DNA of 64,000 bases from assembly GCA_001776785.1 (NCBI GenBank), contig MFDF01000023.1, positions 60,432 to 124,431 of the forward strand, written 5' to 3'. The stretch comes from Candidatus Daviesbacteria bacterium RIFCSPHIGHO2_12_FULL_37_16 (GTDB lineage Bacteria > Patescibacteriota > Microgenomatia > Daviesbacterales > UBA10151). Within the stretch, counting starts at the first letter, position 1. Every line of letters begins with the position of its first letter. The notes below the pieces were generated by a model, which was given only the letters and a program-made list of their open reading frames with translations, was not told the DNA's origin and ran no database searches. Shown in pieces: positions 29,901 to 39,657 of the stretch. The translations under genes and the position numbers were made by a program.

Positions 29901-30665
29901 ATGGATTCTGATAATAATTCTACCTTTATATCTACTCCCCTGGCAATTGTTTTAGGTTCTTTTGTAATAGCTGTTGCTATTTTAATCAGCGGCGGGGTAA
30001 TACAGCTTCAGGGAGTGAAAACACTGGGAGCCCAGGCTAGTCCACTGCCTCAGGTTGGGGCATCTCCACTTCCTCAAGCAGAGGAGCCCGCTGGTCCTAT
30101 GGAGGTTTCTCTGGATGATGATCCTGTTATGGGTGATAAAAATGCTCCCTTAACTATGGTTGAATTTTCTGATTATGAGTGTCCATTTTGTAAAAGGTAT
30201 TTTGATCAGACATTGCCTGAAATTAAAAAGGACTATGTAGACAGCGGCAAGCTAAAGATAGTGTTTAGGGATTTGCCTTTATCTTTCCATGACCCAATGG
30301 CTACAACTGAGGCAATTGCAGCAAATTGTGCCAGGGAACAGGGAGGAGATAGTAAATATTTCCAGTTTCATGATGAGATGTTTAAAAGGACTACCTCTAA
30401 TGGGGATGGGTTAGATAGGGCAGAGATTGATAAAATTGCTGCAGATGTAGGATTAAATGCTTCTAATTTTAAAACTTGTTTAGATACTGAGAAGTATAAA
30501 GATGAGGTTTCTAAAGATTTAGCTGATGCTTCAAATGTAGGGGCAGATGGGACACCAACATTTTTTATAGGTAAAAGTGAGGCAGGAAATAAAATTACAG
30601 GAACTAAACTTGTGGGTGCACAGCCTTACTCTGCATTCAAAACTATACTTGATGGTATAAAATGA
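29901..30665 (+). CDS. DsbA-family thiol:disulfide oxidoreductase with an N-terminal TM anchor
   Basis: YECPFCKRY active site, thioredoxin fold. Confidence 0.7.
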   Translation: MDSDNNSTFISTPLAIVLGSFVIAVAILISGGVIQLQGVKTLGAQASPLPQVGASPLPQAEEPAGPMEVSLDDDPVMGDKNAPLTMVEFSDYECPFCKRYFDQTLPEIKKDYVDSGKLKIVFRDLPLSFHDPMATTEAIAANCAREQGGDSKYFQFHDEMFKRTTSNGDGLDRAEIDKIAADVGLNASNFKTCLDTEKYKDEVSKDLADASNVGADGTPTFFIGKSEAGNKITGTKLVGAQPYSAFKTILDGIK

Positions 30666-30671
30666 GTATAG

Positions 30672-31148
30672 ATGAAATTTTTACTGACTGCCCTATCAGT
30701 TTCATTATTTTACATCCTGTTAAATGTTTATATTTCAAACTATCAGGTAATAAACCAGGCTTTTTTGGGGGATTTTACATTTGAATATAGGTCAGCATTA
30801 ATGTTTTCTTTAATCCAGGGACTTACAACTGCATTATCTGCAACAAGCTTAATCTTTTTAATGATAATTTCTGTTTTAACTGGTTTAAATTCTGCCATGC
30901 TTATAAAAAAAGTTAATAAAGGAGGTGGGGTGCACTTAATGTTTGGAGGGTCAATGCTGGGGACATTAGGTAGTGGATGTGTATCCTGTGGATTGCCACT
31001 TTTAGGGGTTTTAGGAATGAGCGGGAGTATAGCTTACTTACCGTTTAAGGGATTAGAATTTTCAGTTTTATCAGCAGGATTACTTTTAATATCTTTTTAT
31101 CTTCTTTTGAGAAATTCAAAGAAAGAGTGTGTAATTAAATCTTCTTAG
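30672..31148 (+). CDS. Polytopic membrane protein with an intramembrane CVSC motif (possible DsbB/VKOR-analogous partner of DsbA)
   Basis: 4-5 TM helices. GSGCVSCGLP. 6 nt downstream of dsbA. Confidence 0.45.
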   Translation: MKFLLTALSVSLFYILLNVYISNYQVINQAFLGDFTFEYRSALMFSLIQGLTTALSATSLIFLMIISVLTGLNSAMLIKKVNKGGGVHLMFGGSMLGTLGSGCVSCGLPLLGVLGMSGSIAYLPFKGLEFSVLSAGLLLISFYLLLRNSKKECVIKSS

Positions 31149-32124
31149 CAACAATTTTGGGGTTTTTATTTAAACTTTCTTTTAATTTATTTAAAGTTAA
31201 TAGTCCTTCCTGGGGACCCATGGCTGAGATTACTGATGCAGAGTTTGATGTACCCCACCTGATGGCTTCTGAGAGGGGATTTCCATAAAAGAGTCCTGCT
31301 AGAGTGGCAGTAGCAAAAGCATCACCTGCCCCTGTTTTTTGGACTAGTTCAGCTGGGAAAACATCTAATTTATAATAATTTTCTCCATCAAAACAAAAAG
31401 AACCATTTTTTCCATCTGTAATTACCACATTTTTTGGACCTAAATCAGCAAGTTTTTTTAGGAGTTTTTTTATTTCTATTTTTTCATCATCTTTATAACC
31501 TAGAAACTTTTTAGCTTCTTCCAAATTCATTATCAAAAATTGGGTTCTAGATAAAAGTTGGCCATTTTTTTTAGCCCCCAAACTTATTTGGAAAGTCCCT
31601 GGCTGGTAAGCAAGTTTGGCTTTGGTCCTTTCTAAGTAATTTAAAATCTGGTCAATTAAGTTAGTGTCTACGAAGTTGGGAGCAAGAGAAGTTAGATAGA
31701 CCCATTTTGTTAAATCCAGATCTGGTAAATTAAATTTCCAATGGTGGTGGTGGACTAAAATAGTCCTCTCCCCTTTGTAATTTAAAATAATATTGTGGTT
31801 AGTTGGTAAATCTGGATCATGGATAACAAACCTTGTATTTACCCCTTCTTTTTTGAGCTTTGCAATTATTCTTTCATCTGAGGCATCTATATCTTTTTTC
31901 CCTACATTTGTATAAATTGCAGTTTTTAATCCAAGTCTTGAAGCACCAACTGCATTATTTGAAGCATTTCCACCAACAAAAGAGATGGGATCATCAACAG
32001 GAATTTTGTAGCCAAAGGGTAAACTTAAATGAGGAGTACCAGAGATATCTGTTACTTGCGCATCTTTTAAGGGGACAAAAGTATCAATTACAGTATCACC
32101 TATGGTGATAAGATCAAAAGCCAT
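31135..32124 (-). CDS. PfkB-family carbohydrate kinase (ribokinase-like)
   Basis: GGNASNNAVGASRLG and C-terminal TGAGDAFATATLAGL motifs. Confidence 0.75.
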   Translation of the reverse strand: MAFDLITIGDTVIDTFVPLKDAQVTDISGTPHLSLPFGYKIPVDDPISFVGGNASNNAVGASRLGLKTAIYTNVGKKDIDASDERIIAKLKKEGVNTRFVIHDPDLPTNHNIILNYKGERTILVHHHHWKFNLPDLDLTKWVYLTSLAPNFVDTNLIDQILNYLERTKAKLAYQPGTFQISLGAKKNGQLLSRTQFLIMNLEEAKKFLGYKDDEKIEIKKLLKKLADLGPKNVVITDGKNGSFCFDGENYYKLDVFPAELVQKTGAGDAFATATLAGLFYGNPLSEAIRWGTSNSASVISAMGPQEGLLTLNKLKESLNKNPKIVAKKI

Positions 32125-32138
32125 GTTAATTTAGTTTA

Positions 32139-33059
32139 TCATGGATATTTTTGTTTTACCTGATCTGGAGTGAGAACTTCTTTTATTGAGTGGTTATCAT
32201 TTATTATTACAACCTGGTCTGCATTATTTTGGGCTAAGTTTTTAATGTGGATTGCAGGGTGGACTGACCTCCAGAAATAATGGACAAACTCCACAATTTG
32301 GTCATGGGTCATGCCTTCCCCTTTTGCCCTTAAAGCTTCCTCTGCCTGGTCTCTCCATTTAAGGGACATTTCATAATTTGGGACATATAAGACATTCATA
32401 AAATCTATTAAATCCCAAAGAGGATAATATTCATCCAGTTTAGAATTTATATCTTTAGCAAGTTGGATGTGTTCCGGGGTATCTAAAGCAGGTAAACCTG
32501 AATTAAAGATTGATTCATCCTCAACTTTTCTAGCACCCAGCATCCAGCCATCATAGAAAATAAAATGTGGTTTTTTAGTAACAGTATTCCAGCCAGTCCT
32601 GTCCCCGTCCCCATTAAAAGCTCCCTTATCATAAATAGGTATTTTAACTTCAGTTCCATCTTTCATGGTCTGAAGATCTTTTAGATTTTGGATTGCAAGT
32701 GGGATATCATGGGTTACCCCCCTTCTTATGTACCTTGGGTCTGATTCTCTTAGTTTGTTTAACTCATCATGGGTAAGATAGTGGTTATCAATAGATAGAT
32801 GAAAAGATTCATAGCCAAAATGGTCAAGTAAGGTTTCTAGTATTTCACCTTGAGTGGTTTTGCCTGCCCCCTGAATTGCAGAGACACCCACAATTATTCC
32901 TTCCTCTGAAGTTTTATTTTTGGATAGATTAATTAGCTTTTCAATAAAAGGTAAGTAATATTTTTGGAGTTCAATTTTTAGGGATTCTTTTGAAATTTCA
33001 GGACGTTTTTTTAGGGGTTCATCAAATAGGGTTAAGTCATTATCTAAGTGAAAGTTCAT
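32139..33059 (-). CDS. P-loop kinase of the PRK/uridine-kinase superfamily (glycerate 3-kinase-like)
   Basis: GVSAIQGAGKTT Walker A in a context resembling plant-type glycerate kinase. Confidence 0.45.
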   Translation of the reverse strand: MNFHLDNDLTLFDEPLKKRPEISKESLKIELQKYYLPFIEKLINLSKNKTSEEGIIVGVSAIQGAGKTTQGEILETLLDHFGYESFHLSIDNHYLTHDELNKLRESDPRYIRRGVTHDIPLAIQNLKDLQTMKDGTEVKIPIYDKGAFNGDGDRTGWNTVTKKPHFIFYDGWMLGARKVEDESIFNSGLPALDTPEHIQLAKDINSKLDEYYPLWDLIDFMNVLYVPNYEMSLKWRDQAEEALRAKGEGMTHDQIVEFVHYFWRSVHPAIHIKNLAQNNADQVVIINDNHSIKEVLTPDQVKQKYP

Positions 33060-33103
33060 ACATAATATGGTAACATCTTTTTAGCAAAAAGGAGGTGATT
33101 TTA

Positions 33104-33325
33104 ATGGCGTTAACAGATTTAGGATTAACAGGTAAATGGTTGGTGGCTAACTGTGGAAAATATCCAAGTGAGAAAAACTGTAAGTTAGTAATGTTGGCTC
33201 CGGAAGACCAAAAAGAAGATTTAGTAGAGGCAGGAGTAGCTCATGCAGTAAAGTCTCATGGACATACAGATACACCAGAGATGAGGGCTGAACTGGAAAA
33301 AATGATTGAAACAGTTGAGGCTTAA
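33104..33325 (+). CDS. DUF1059 small protein
   Basis: RBS AAGGAGG 8 nt upstream. LVANCGKYPSEKNCKLVMLAP...AHAVKSHGHT matches the DUF1059 pattern. Confidence 0.55.
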   Translation: MALTDLGLTGKWLVANCGKYPSEKNCKLVMLAPEDQKEDLVEAGVAHAVKSHGHTDTPEMRAELEKMIETVEA

Positions 33326-34190
33326 ATTTGCTATACTGAATTTAATGCCCAATTTGGATAAATTTTTAAAAAATGGAAAGTTTTTGATGCTGGCTTTTGA
33401 CCATCGGGGAAGCTTTAAGAAGATGATGAACCCTTCTGATCCAGAAGTGGTATCTGATGCAGAGGCGATAGAACTTAAGAAAAAAATTATTGATAGTTTG
33501 AGGGAAAAATTTAGTGCAGTTTTAATAGATCAGGATATTGGGTTTAAAGCTTATGAGCCAAAGGATAAACCTTTTTTACTTCCTGTTGAAAAGTCTGGGT
33601 ATGAAAAACAAGGTAAGGAGAGGATTACAGATCTTGAGTATTCTTTAGATTCATTAATTAATAATGGGGCAAGCGGAGCAAAAATATTAATTTGGTTTAA
33701 CCCTTATGCAGAATCTGCCCAAATCCAGATTGAAACCTGTAAAAAACTAATAGAGGAATGTAAGCAAAAAGATTTTCCATTTTTTTTAGAGATTAGGACT
33801 TATGATGGGGAGAATGAGGCAGATAAGATGAGTGAGCCAGAAAGAGAAAAGATAAATATAGATTCCCTAAAGATGTTTTTAAGACACAAGGTCTATCCAG
33901 ATGTTTATAAATTAGAATACCCAGGTTCTGCTATAGCTTGTCAGACATTTACTGCAGCACTAGCATTAGAGGAAAAACAGATTCCCTGGATTATGCTGAC
34001 TATGGGGGCAAGCTTTGATGAATTTTGCAAAGAGCTAGAGATTGCTTCTGTAAGAGGATGTCAGGGGTTTTTAGCAGGAAGGGCTTTGTGGCAGGAAGCA
34101 TGCAGTTTAAAGGATGAGGAGTTAGAAAAGTTTTTAAGTGAGACTTTGCCTGAAAGATTTCAAAAAATCTCAGAGATTGTATCTAAGTAG
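33306..34190 (+). CDS. Class I aldolase of the LacD (tagatose-1,6-bisphosphate aldolase) / DeoC-FbaB family
   Basis: LMLAFDHRGSFKKMM matches LacD ALAFDQRGALKRMM. The start may be 33345. Confidence 0.6.
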   Translation: MKQLRLKFAILNLMPNLDKFLKNGKFLMLAFDHRGSFKKMMNPSDPEVVSDAEAIELKKKIIDSLREKFSAVLIDQDIGFKAYEPKDKPFLLPVEKSGYEKQGKERITDLEYSLDSLINNGASGAKILIWFNPYAESAQIQIETCKKLIEECKQKDFPFFLEIRTYDGENEADKMSEPEREKINIDSLKMFLRHKVYPDVYKLEYPGSAIACQTFTAALALEEKQIPWIMLTMGASFDEFCKELEIASVRGCQGFLAGRALWQEACSLKDEELEKFLSETLPERFQKISEIVSK

Positions 34191-35868
34191 GTTTAGGGGT
34201 TGCAGCATAATCTTCAACTTCTTTTAGTTTTACTCCATGGTCTAAGTGGTCCATTGAATATTTTATAGTTGCATCTGTTTTTTTGTGAGGGTTAAAGATT
34301 TTTTTTGGATCAAAAATCTCTTTTACTTCTTTAAATAACTGGTACATCTGCTCTCCATACATTTTGGGTAAATAGGGCCCTCTGACTAGTCCATCATTGT
34401 GCTCTGCAGCCATGGAACCTTTAAATTCAAAAACTAAATTAAAAACTTTTTCTGAAATTTCAGGAATTAAGCTTCTTATATTTTCATCTGAAAAGTTCAT
34501 AAGTGGGATAATATGAAAGTTTCCATTACCAATGTGTCCTGCAATTGTATATATAATTTTCCCTTCATACTGTTTTAGAAGCTCCTGGAGCCTGGGTAAA
34601 AATTGAGGAAGGTCTTTTGGAGAGATAATTATGTCATCTATAAATGGGGCAGTCCTCATATTTTCCCCTGAATGATGCCTTAGGATATTAAAACTATCCC
34701 TTCTTATAATCCAGTATTTTTCCTCATCATTTGAGTGGATCACCCTTAAATGAATATTAAACTTTGTTAGAGCTTCTTTTGCTTTTTGTGCTAGGTCAAT
34801 CTCTTCACCTTCATTTTCTCCAGTGAACTCAGCTATCAATATAAGTTTAGGGAGTTGTCCAGCCAGAGACATTAAATACTCAGGTAAAATTTTTAAATAA
34901 ACTTCAAAGCCATGGGTTTTTTTAAAGTCTTTAGCTATTTCTCCAATATATTTAGTGGCTGCTTTTAGGGTAGCATCATCAAAACACTCAAAACTTTCAG
35001 GTTTAAATTCTAAAACAGTATTTACAATTTGATCTAATTTTTCCAAGTTTTGAAGTTCTATCTCAAGCATGGCTGTTTGAGGCTTTGGTTTAATAAGCTG
35101 AAACTCTATCTCTGTAACTATTCCCAAAGTTCCCTGTGACCCAACTATTAGTTTAGTTAAGTCAAATGTTTGCTCATCAGAAACTTTCCAAAGATAGTAG
35201 CCTGTGGAATTTTTAGAAGTATGGGGCTGCGAAGATTTTATTAACTCTAAATTTTCATTTATTAGTTCACTTATCTTTTTATAAATTTCTCCCTCTAAAT
35301 TATTTTGAGAAACTTTATTACTCAATACATTTTTATCAATTGGATATATTTCATACTCATTTCCATCTGAGAGAATAACTTTTAATTTCCTAACCCATTT
35401 TTCAGTTTGGCCAAAACTTAAGGATTTTTCCCCCGCAGCATTATTTCCTACCATTCCTCCGACAGTGCAGATCTCTCTTGAGGAGGTGTAACAGGGTAAG
35501 ATTAAACCTTTTTCTAAAGTTTTTTTCTCAAAATCTCTGTAAAAAACTCCAGGTTGGGTCCTGGCAAAATTATCCCCTACCTCTAAAACAGAATTAAAAT
35601 ATTTGGTCATATCTAAAATTATTGAGTCATTTAAAGGACCTCCTGACATGCAGGTGGCAGCTGCCCTGGGGGTTAGAGAGAGGTTTTGTTCTGGGTTTTC
35701 ATTTATATATTTAACTAAAGCTTTTATGTCTTCTGAATCTTTAGGGAAAACTACTAATTGGGGTTTAATGATAAAGATTGATGCATCTTTTGAATAGGTA
35801 TTTAGGGTTTGTTGATCATCCAATACTTCTCCTTTAATAATAGATTGAATTTGATCTTTTAGAGCCAT
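34183..35868 (-). CDS. FAD-linked oxidase (GlcD / D-lactate dehydrogenase family)
   Basis: PCMH-type FAD-binding motif (CTVGGMVGNNAAGEKSLSFG). C-terminal FAD-oxidase_C. Confidence 0.75.
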   Translation of the reverse strand: MALKDQIQSIIKGEVLDDQQTLNTYSKDASIFIIKPQLVVFPKDSEDIKALVKYINENPEQNLSLTPRAAATCMSGGPLNDSIILDMTKYFNSVLEVGDNFARTQPGVFYRDFEKKTLEKGLILPCYTSSREICTVGGMVGNNAAGEKSLSFGQTEKWVRKLKVILSDGNEYEIYPIDKNVLSNKVSQNNLEGEIYKKISELINENLELIKSSQPHTSKNSTGYYLWKVSDEQTFDLTKLIVGSQGTLGIVTEIEFQLIKPKPQTAMLEIELQNLEKLDQIVNTVLEFKPESFECFDDATLKAATKYIGEIAKDFKKTHGFEVYLKILPEYLMSLAGQLPKLILIAEFTGENEGEEIDLAQKAKEALTKFNIHLRVIHSNDEEKYWIIRRDSFNILRHHSGENMRTAPFIDDIIISPKDLPQFLPRLQELLKQYEGKIIYTIAGHIGNGNFHIIPLMNFSDENIRSLIPEISEKVFNLVFEFKGSMAAEHNDGLVRGPYLPKMYGEQMYQLFKEVKEIFDPKKIFNPHKKTDATIKYSMDHLDHGVKLKEVEDYAATPKPT

Positions 35869-35880
35869 ATTTTATAGTTT

Positions 35881-35918
35881 TCTCTGGGTTCTGCCAGCTC
35901 GCTGTCACCCCTCGAAAA
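35881..35918 (+). repeat. Family-2 GC-rich intergenic repeat, short form (CTGCCAGCTCGC|TGTCACCCCTCGAAAA)
   Basis: Matches the two ends of the 105-nt copies at 37279 and 40441 with the internal ~70 nt missing. Confidence 0.5.
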
Positions 35919-35937
35919 CTCTTTACTAATCGTAACA

Positions 35938-37266
35938 GTGTCCTTCTGGCTTGTCCAGAATCTTAAGCTATTGTATGTTAAATACATGGATGAAAATCTG
36001 CCCAAGAGTCTTAATGCAATCTCAACCCCAATACCTTCTGAGAATGCAGGTAAAAAAATTATTGTTTTTGGGACTCCTACCTGTCCTGATTGCGGGAGGG
36101 TTAAAAAATTCTTAACTGAAAATGCCATTGAGTATGAATTTCATGATGTATCTTCTGAAAAAGAGGCAAATAATTGGCTTACAAGTTTTGTAACTTTTGT
36201 TCCAGTTTTAGTAATGCCTGATAAAACTCTTTTATATTCCCCTTCAAACCAGGAACTTTTGGAAAAAATTAATGGGGGAAGTGTGAATGAAGCTGTAAAG
36301 ATGGTTGAACCTGAAGTTTTTGACACAATAATTATTGGGGCAGGTCCTGCAGGATTATCTGCTGCAATTTATGCAGTCAGGAAATCTTTAAAGGTTTTAA
36401 TTATTACAAAAGATATTGGAGGGCAGGCAGCACTTTCAGGGGATATTGAAAATTATTTAGGGTTTACTATGATTGCGGGGGCAGATTTGGTAGCTAAGTT
36501 TAAAGAGAGTGTAGAACAATTTAAAGGGGATGGTATTTGGATTAAGGATGGGGTGGAGGTTACTGATTTAGTAAGTGAAAATGGGCAGTTTGTTGTAAAA
36601 ACTTTAAGTGGGGAATACAAAAGTAAAAGTGTAATTGTTGCATCAGGAAGAATTCCAAGGCATTTAAATATACCTGGAGAGAAGGAGTTTATAGGGAAGG
36701 GTGTGGCAACCTGTGCCACTTGTGATGCACCTTTATTTAAGGGTAAAGATGTGGCAGTTGTTGGGGGTGGAAATTCTGCTTTGGATGCTGCATTTTCTTT
36801 AATGAAGCTTGCAAAAAGTGTAACTATTATTAATTTAACTGAACAAATTAGCGGGGATAGTATTTTGGTGGAGAATGTAACCCATGCTAACAATGTAAAG
36901 ATTTTAAATAACACAGAGAGTTTAGAGATAATAGGTAAACAGTTTGTGGAGGCAGTGAAGGTGAAAGAAAAGATAACAGGAAAGGAGGAAGCAATACCTG
37001 TTGCAGGTGTGTTTGTAGAGATTGGGTATACTCCATCAACTGGTTTTGATAAGTTAACTGATAAAGATGAGCAGGGCTGCATTATTGTTGATGAGATGGG
37101 GCATTCATCTGTAGATGGGATTTGGGCTGCAGGGGATGTTAATAATTTATGGGGTGAACAGATTGTTATAGCTGCTGGAGAGGGAGCAAAAGTTGCTTTA
37201 TCTGTGGCAGAGCATATCTCTAAACAGCCTCACCAGGCTACTTCAAATCCGCATGAACAGGTTTAA
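35938..37266 (+). CDS. Glutaredoxin-like domain (CPDC) fused to a thioredoxin-reductase-like FAD/NAD(P) oxidoreductase (CATC)
   Basis: TPTCPDCGRVKKF. GAGPAGLSAAIYA. CATCDAPLF. GDV...AAGEG. The start is possibly the Met 15 codons downstream of the first ATG. Confidence 0.7.
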   Translation: MSFWLVQNLKLLYVKYMDENLPKSLNAISTPIPSENAGKKIIVFGTPTCPDCGRVKKFLTENAIEYEFHDVSSEKEANNWLTSFVTFVPVLVMPDKTLLYSPSNQELLEKINGGSVNEAVKMVEPEVFDTIIIGAGPAGLSAAIYAVRKSLKVLIITKDIGGQAALSGDIENYLGFTMIAGADLVAKFKESVEQFKGDGIWIKDGVEVTDLVSENGQFVVKTLSGEYKSKSVIVASGRIPRHLNIPGEKEFIGKGVATCATCDAPLFKGKDVAVVGGGNSALDAAFSLMKLAKSVTIINLTEQISGDSILVENVTHANNVKILNNTESLEIIGKQFVEAVKVKEKITGKEEAIPVAGVFVEIGYTPSTGFDKLTDKDEQGCIIVDEMGHSSVDGIWAAGDVNNLWGEQIVIAAGEGAKVALSVAEHISKQPHQATSNPHEQV

Positions 37267-37278
37267 GATAATGTATTT

Positions 37279-37383
37279 GCTCGGGGTCCTGCCAGCTCGC
37301 AGCCCCAGTTAGAAAAAATTTAAGGGACGGGGTCTATTAAATTTTTTCATTGGGGCGCCCCGCTCGCTGTCACCCCTCGCAAT
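37279..37383 (+). repeat. Family-2 GC-rich intergenic repeat, long form
   Basis: Aligns over ~105 nt with 40441-40543: GGGTCCTGCCAG...AGCCCCA...GAAAAA...TTT..GGGGCGCCCCGC...CTGTCACCC.TCG.AA. Confidence 0.6.
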
Positions 37384-37389
37384 TTTTCA

Positions 37390-38094
37390 TTAATGCACAT
37401 AGACTCTGGTGCCTGGGTTGTCGGCAGAAGCACGCAGGGCATTAGTTTTCTCTGGTAAAACAGGGCCTGCCCATTCAAATAACTGGGCAACCTGGGCTAG
37501 TGGGGCATTGACACATCCATGTGACATGGGTTGGCCAAAGTTGTTGTGCCAGTAAGCGCCATGGACTGCATATCCTTTATAGAAAAACATATTGTTGGGG
37601 ACATTGGGTAAATTGTAGTAAGTACCTAACTCTTTTGAACCTCCAATCATGGATTGGTTTCTGGTCTTATACCAGATAGAAAAATCCCCTTTTGGTGTAG
37701 GTGCCCATTTACCAGAGGAGATAGGAAATTCCATTACTACCCTGTTTCCCTCCATAGCCCTTAATTTTTGCTCATCTAAGGAAATATCAATCCATTTTTC
37801 CTCTCCTGCTGCATTTGTTGTACCCAAGACATCTTTTAAAGCGTTAGCTGATGCTAACCTAACTGTTGAGGCAAGAGAAGTTTTTGGGTAATCAATTACT
37901 TCATTATTAAAAATTGCTACTGATGATGTTTCATCAAATTCTCCATTTTGAGATAATTTATTTTCATCACAGCAGGATAATGTTGTATCTCCTGAAATAC
38001 CTAACCTGTAAGCAAGTTCTCTTTTTAAAGGAAGATAGTTTAATATAGTTGCCAGCAGGGCGAGTATGACTATAACGGGCAGAAGTTTACTCAT
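37390..38094 (-). CDS. L,D-transpeptidase (YkuD) domain protein, membrane-anchored
   Basis: Catalytic H...SHGCV(N) motif near the C-terminus. Confidence 0.7.
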   Translation of the reverse strand: MSKLLPVIVILALLATILNYLPLKRELAYRLGISGDTTLSCCDENKLSQNGEFDETSSVAIFNNEVIDYPKTSLASTVRLASANALKDVLGTTNAAGEEKWIDISLDEQKLRAMEGNRVVMEFPISSGKWAPTPKGDFSIWYKTRNQSMIGGSKELGTYYNLPNVPNNMFFYKGYAVHGAYWHNNFGQPMSHGCVNAPLAQVAQLFEWAGPVLPEKTNALRASADNPGTRVYVH

Positions 38095-38161
38095 AATCTT
38101 ATTTTTGCATCCTAAAAATTTTTAATCAAGAATCAGATTTTAATATGTTAGAATTTTTGTC

Positions 38162-39115
38162 ATGAGAAAAGCTTTTTTATTATACTTTCTGGTAATTTTA
38201 CTTTCAGTAGTTTCCCTTACTTTTTACTTTATTACTGCCAGTAAGAAAGCATTAATTTCTCCTGTACTTGGAATTTCAAAGCAAAGACTAGCTGAAAATG
38301 TCTGGTTTCCTAAAGAAGCTGGGAAAAGTTCTGCGGAGGATACAAAAGTTTCAGAACAGATTACAGCAAATGCTGCATTTTTTGTAGAGACTCAAAGCGG
38401 ACAGGTTTTATTTTCAAAAAACCAATATGAAAAATATTCTGTAGCATCTCTTATAAAAATTATGACTGTGATTGTTGCTTTAGAGCATAAATCGGTGGAG
38501 GATATTTATAGTGTCAGCCAAAAAGCTGCAGATATGGAACCAGACAAAATGCTTTTGATTGCAGGAGAGAGGTTAAGTTTAAAAAAATTACTTGAGGGAA
38601 TATTTTTAGTTTCTGCAAATGACGCTGCAGAAGTTTTGGCTGAGGGAACAACAGGAAGAAGAGAGGAATTCATAAATTTAATGAATTCAAAAGCACTGCA
38701 ACTGGGGATGAATAATACATATTTTGTAAATCCCACAGGCCTTGAGGAAGATCCCTGGACTTGTTTTAATAAAAGCCCCTGTCAGTATTCCAGTGCTTTT
38801 GATGTTTTGTTAATGTCTCATTATGCTATAAAAAAGTGGCCTGAGATTATATCCATAACATCAGAGTCCCATATATTTATAGAAGCTACTTCTGACCACC
38901 AGGATTATGATTTATATTCAGGGATTAACCTTTTAACTACATATCCTGGAGTCATAGGGTTTAAGACAGGATTTACTCCTGAGGCAGGGTTAACATTAGT
39001 TACACTGGCAAGAAGGGGTGATAAAGAAGTTATGGGAGTACTTTTGGGAGCAACTGACAGAAGGGATGATGCTAAGCTGCTTTTGGACTATTCATTTAAA
39101 AAGTTAGGAGTTTAA
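38162..39115 (+). CDS. dacA: D-alanyl-D-alanine carboxypeptidase (peptidase S11, PBP5-like)
   Basis: SxxK (SVASLIK), SxN (SAND), KTG (KTGFT). Confidence 0.75.
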   Translation: MRKAFLLYFLVILLSVVSLTFYFITASKKALISPVLGISKQRLAENVWFPKEAGKSSAEDTKVSEQITANAAFFVETQSGQVLFSKNQYEKYSVASLIKIMTVIVALEHKSVEDIYSVSQKAADMEPDKMLLIAGERLSLKKLLEGIFLVSANDAAEVLAEGTTGRREEFINLMNSKALQLGMNNTYFVNPTGLEEDPWTCFNKSPCQYSSAFDVLLMSHYAIKKWPEIISITSESHIFIEATSDHQDYDLYSGINLLTTYPGVIGFKTGFTPEAGLTLVTLARRGDKEVMGVLLGATDRRDDAKLLLDYSFKKLGV

Positions 39116-39657
39116 TGGTTTTATTGGGCTATATTATTGCAGCAGTTCTACTAATTTTTGCAATTTTGATAATAATTTATTTGTTTTTGGACTTTATTGC
39201 CCATTTTTTGGGGGCACCTTTTGTACCAACTTCTCAAAAAGATATTGATGAAATTTTAAAGGAGGCAAAATTAAAAAAGGGTCAGGTGTTTATTGAACCA
39301 GGCAGTGGTGATGGCAGAGTTGTAATAAGTGCAGTTAAAAATTATGGGGTTTTTGGAGTGGGAATTGAAGTCCACCCCTTTTTACTGCTTTATTCAAAGC
39401 TTTCAGCCAGGTTTAAGAAAGTTAGTGTGCAGCTTAAAGCTGAGAATTTTTTTCAGACAAATTACAAAAAAGCTGATGTGATTTTTCTATTTTTGTTTCC
39501 AAGAACTTTAAAAAAATTAAAAGAAAAATTTTTAAAAGAATGCAAAAAAAATACTTTAATAATTTCCCATGGGTTTAGGATAGAAGGAATGGAGAAATAT
39601 TTAATAAAAACATTAGAAAGAAAAGTTTATAATACTTACTTTTATAAAATAAGGTAA
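39115..39657 (+). CDS. Class I SAM-dependent methyltransferase with an N-terminal TM
   Basis: Motif I VFIEPGSGDGRVV. Start overlaps the dacA stop (TAATG). Confidence 0.6.
   Translation: MVLLGYIIAAVLLIFAILIIIYLFLDFIAHFLGAPFVPTSQKDIDEILKEAKLKKGQVFIEPGSGDGRVVISAVKNYGVFGVGIEVHPFLLLYSKLSARFKKVSVQLKAENFFQTNYKKADVIFLFLFPRTLKKLKEKFLKECKKNTLIISHGFRIEGMEKYLIKTLERKVYNTYFYKIR

Noticed and set aside
36453-37082. 209-aa minus-strand ORF inside the Grx-TrxR gene
   Set aside because: Antisense to a gene with clear FAD/NAD(P) and CATC motifs.
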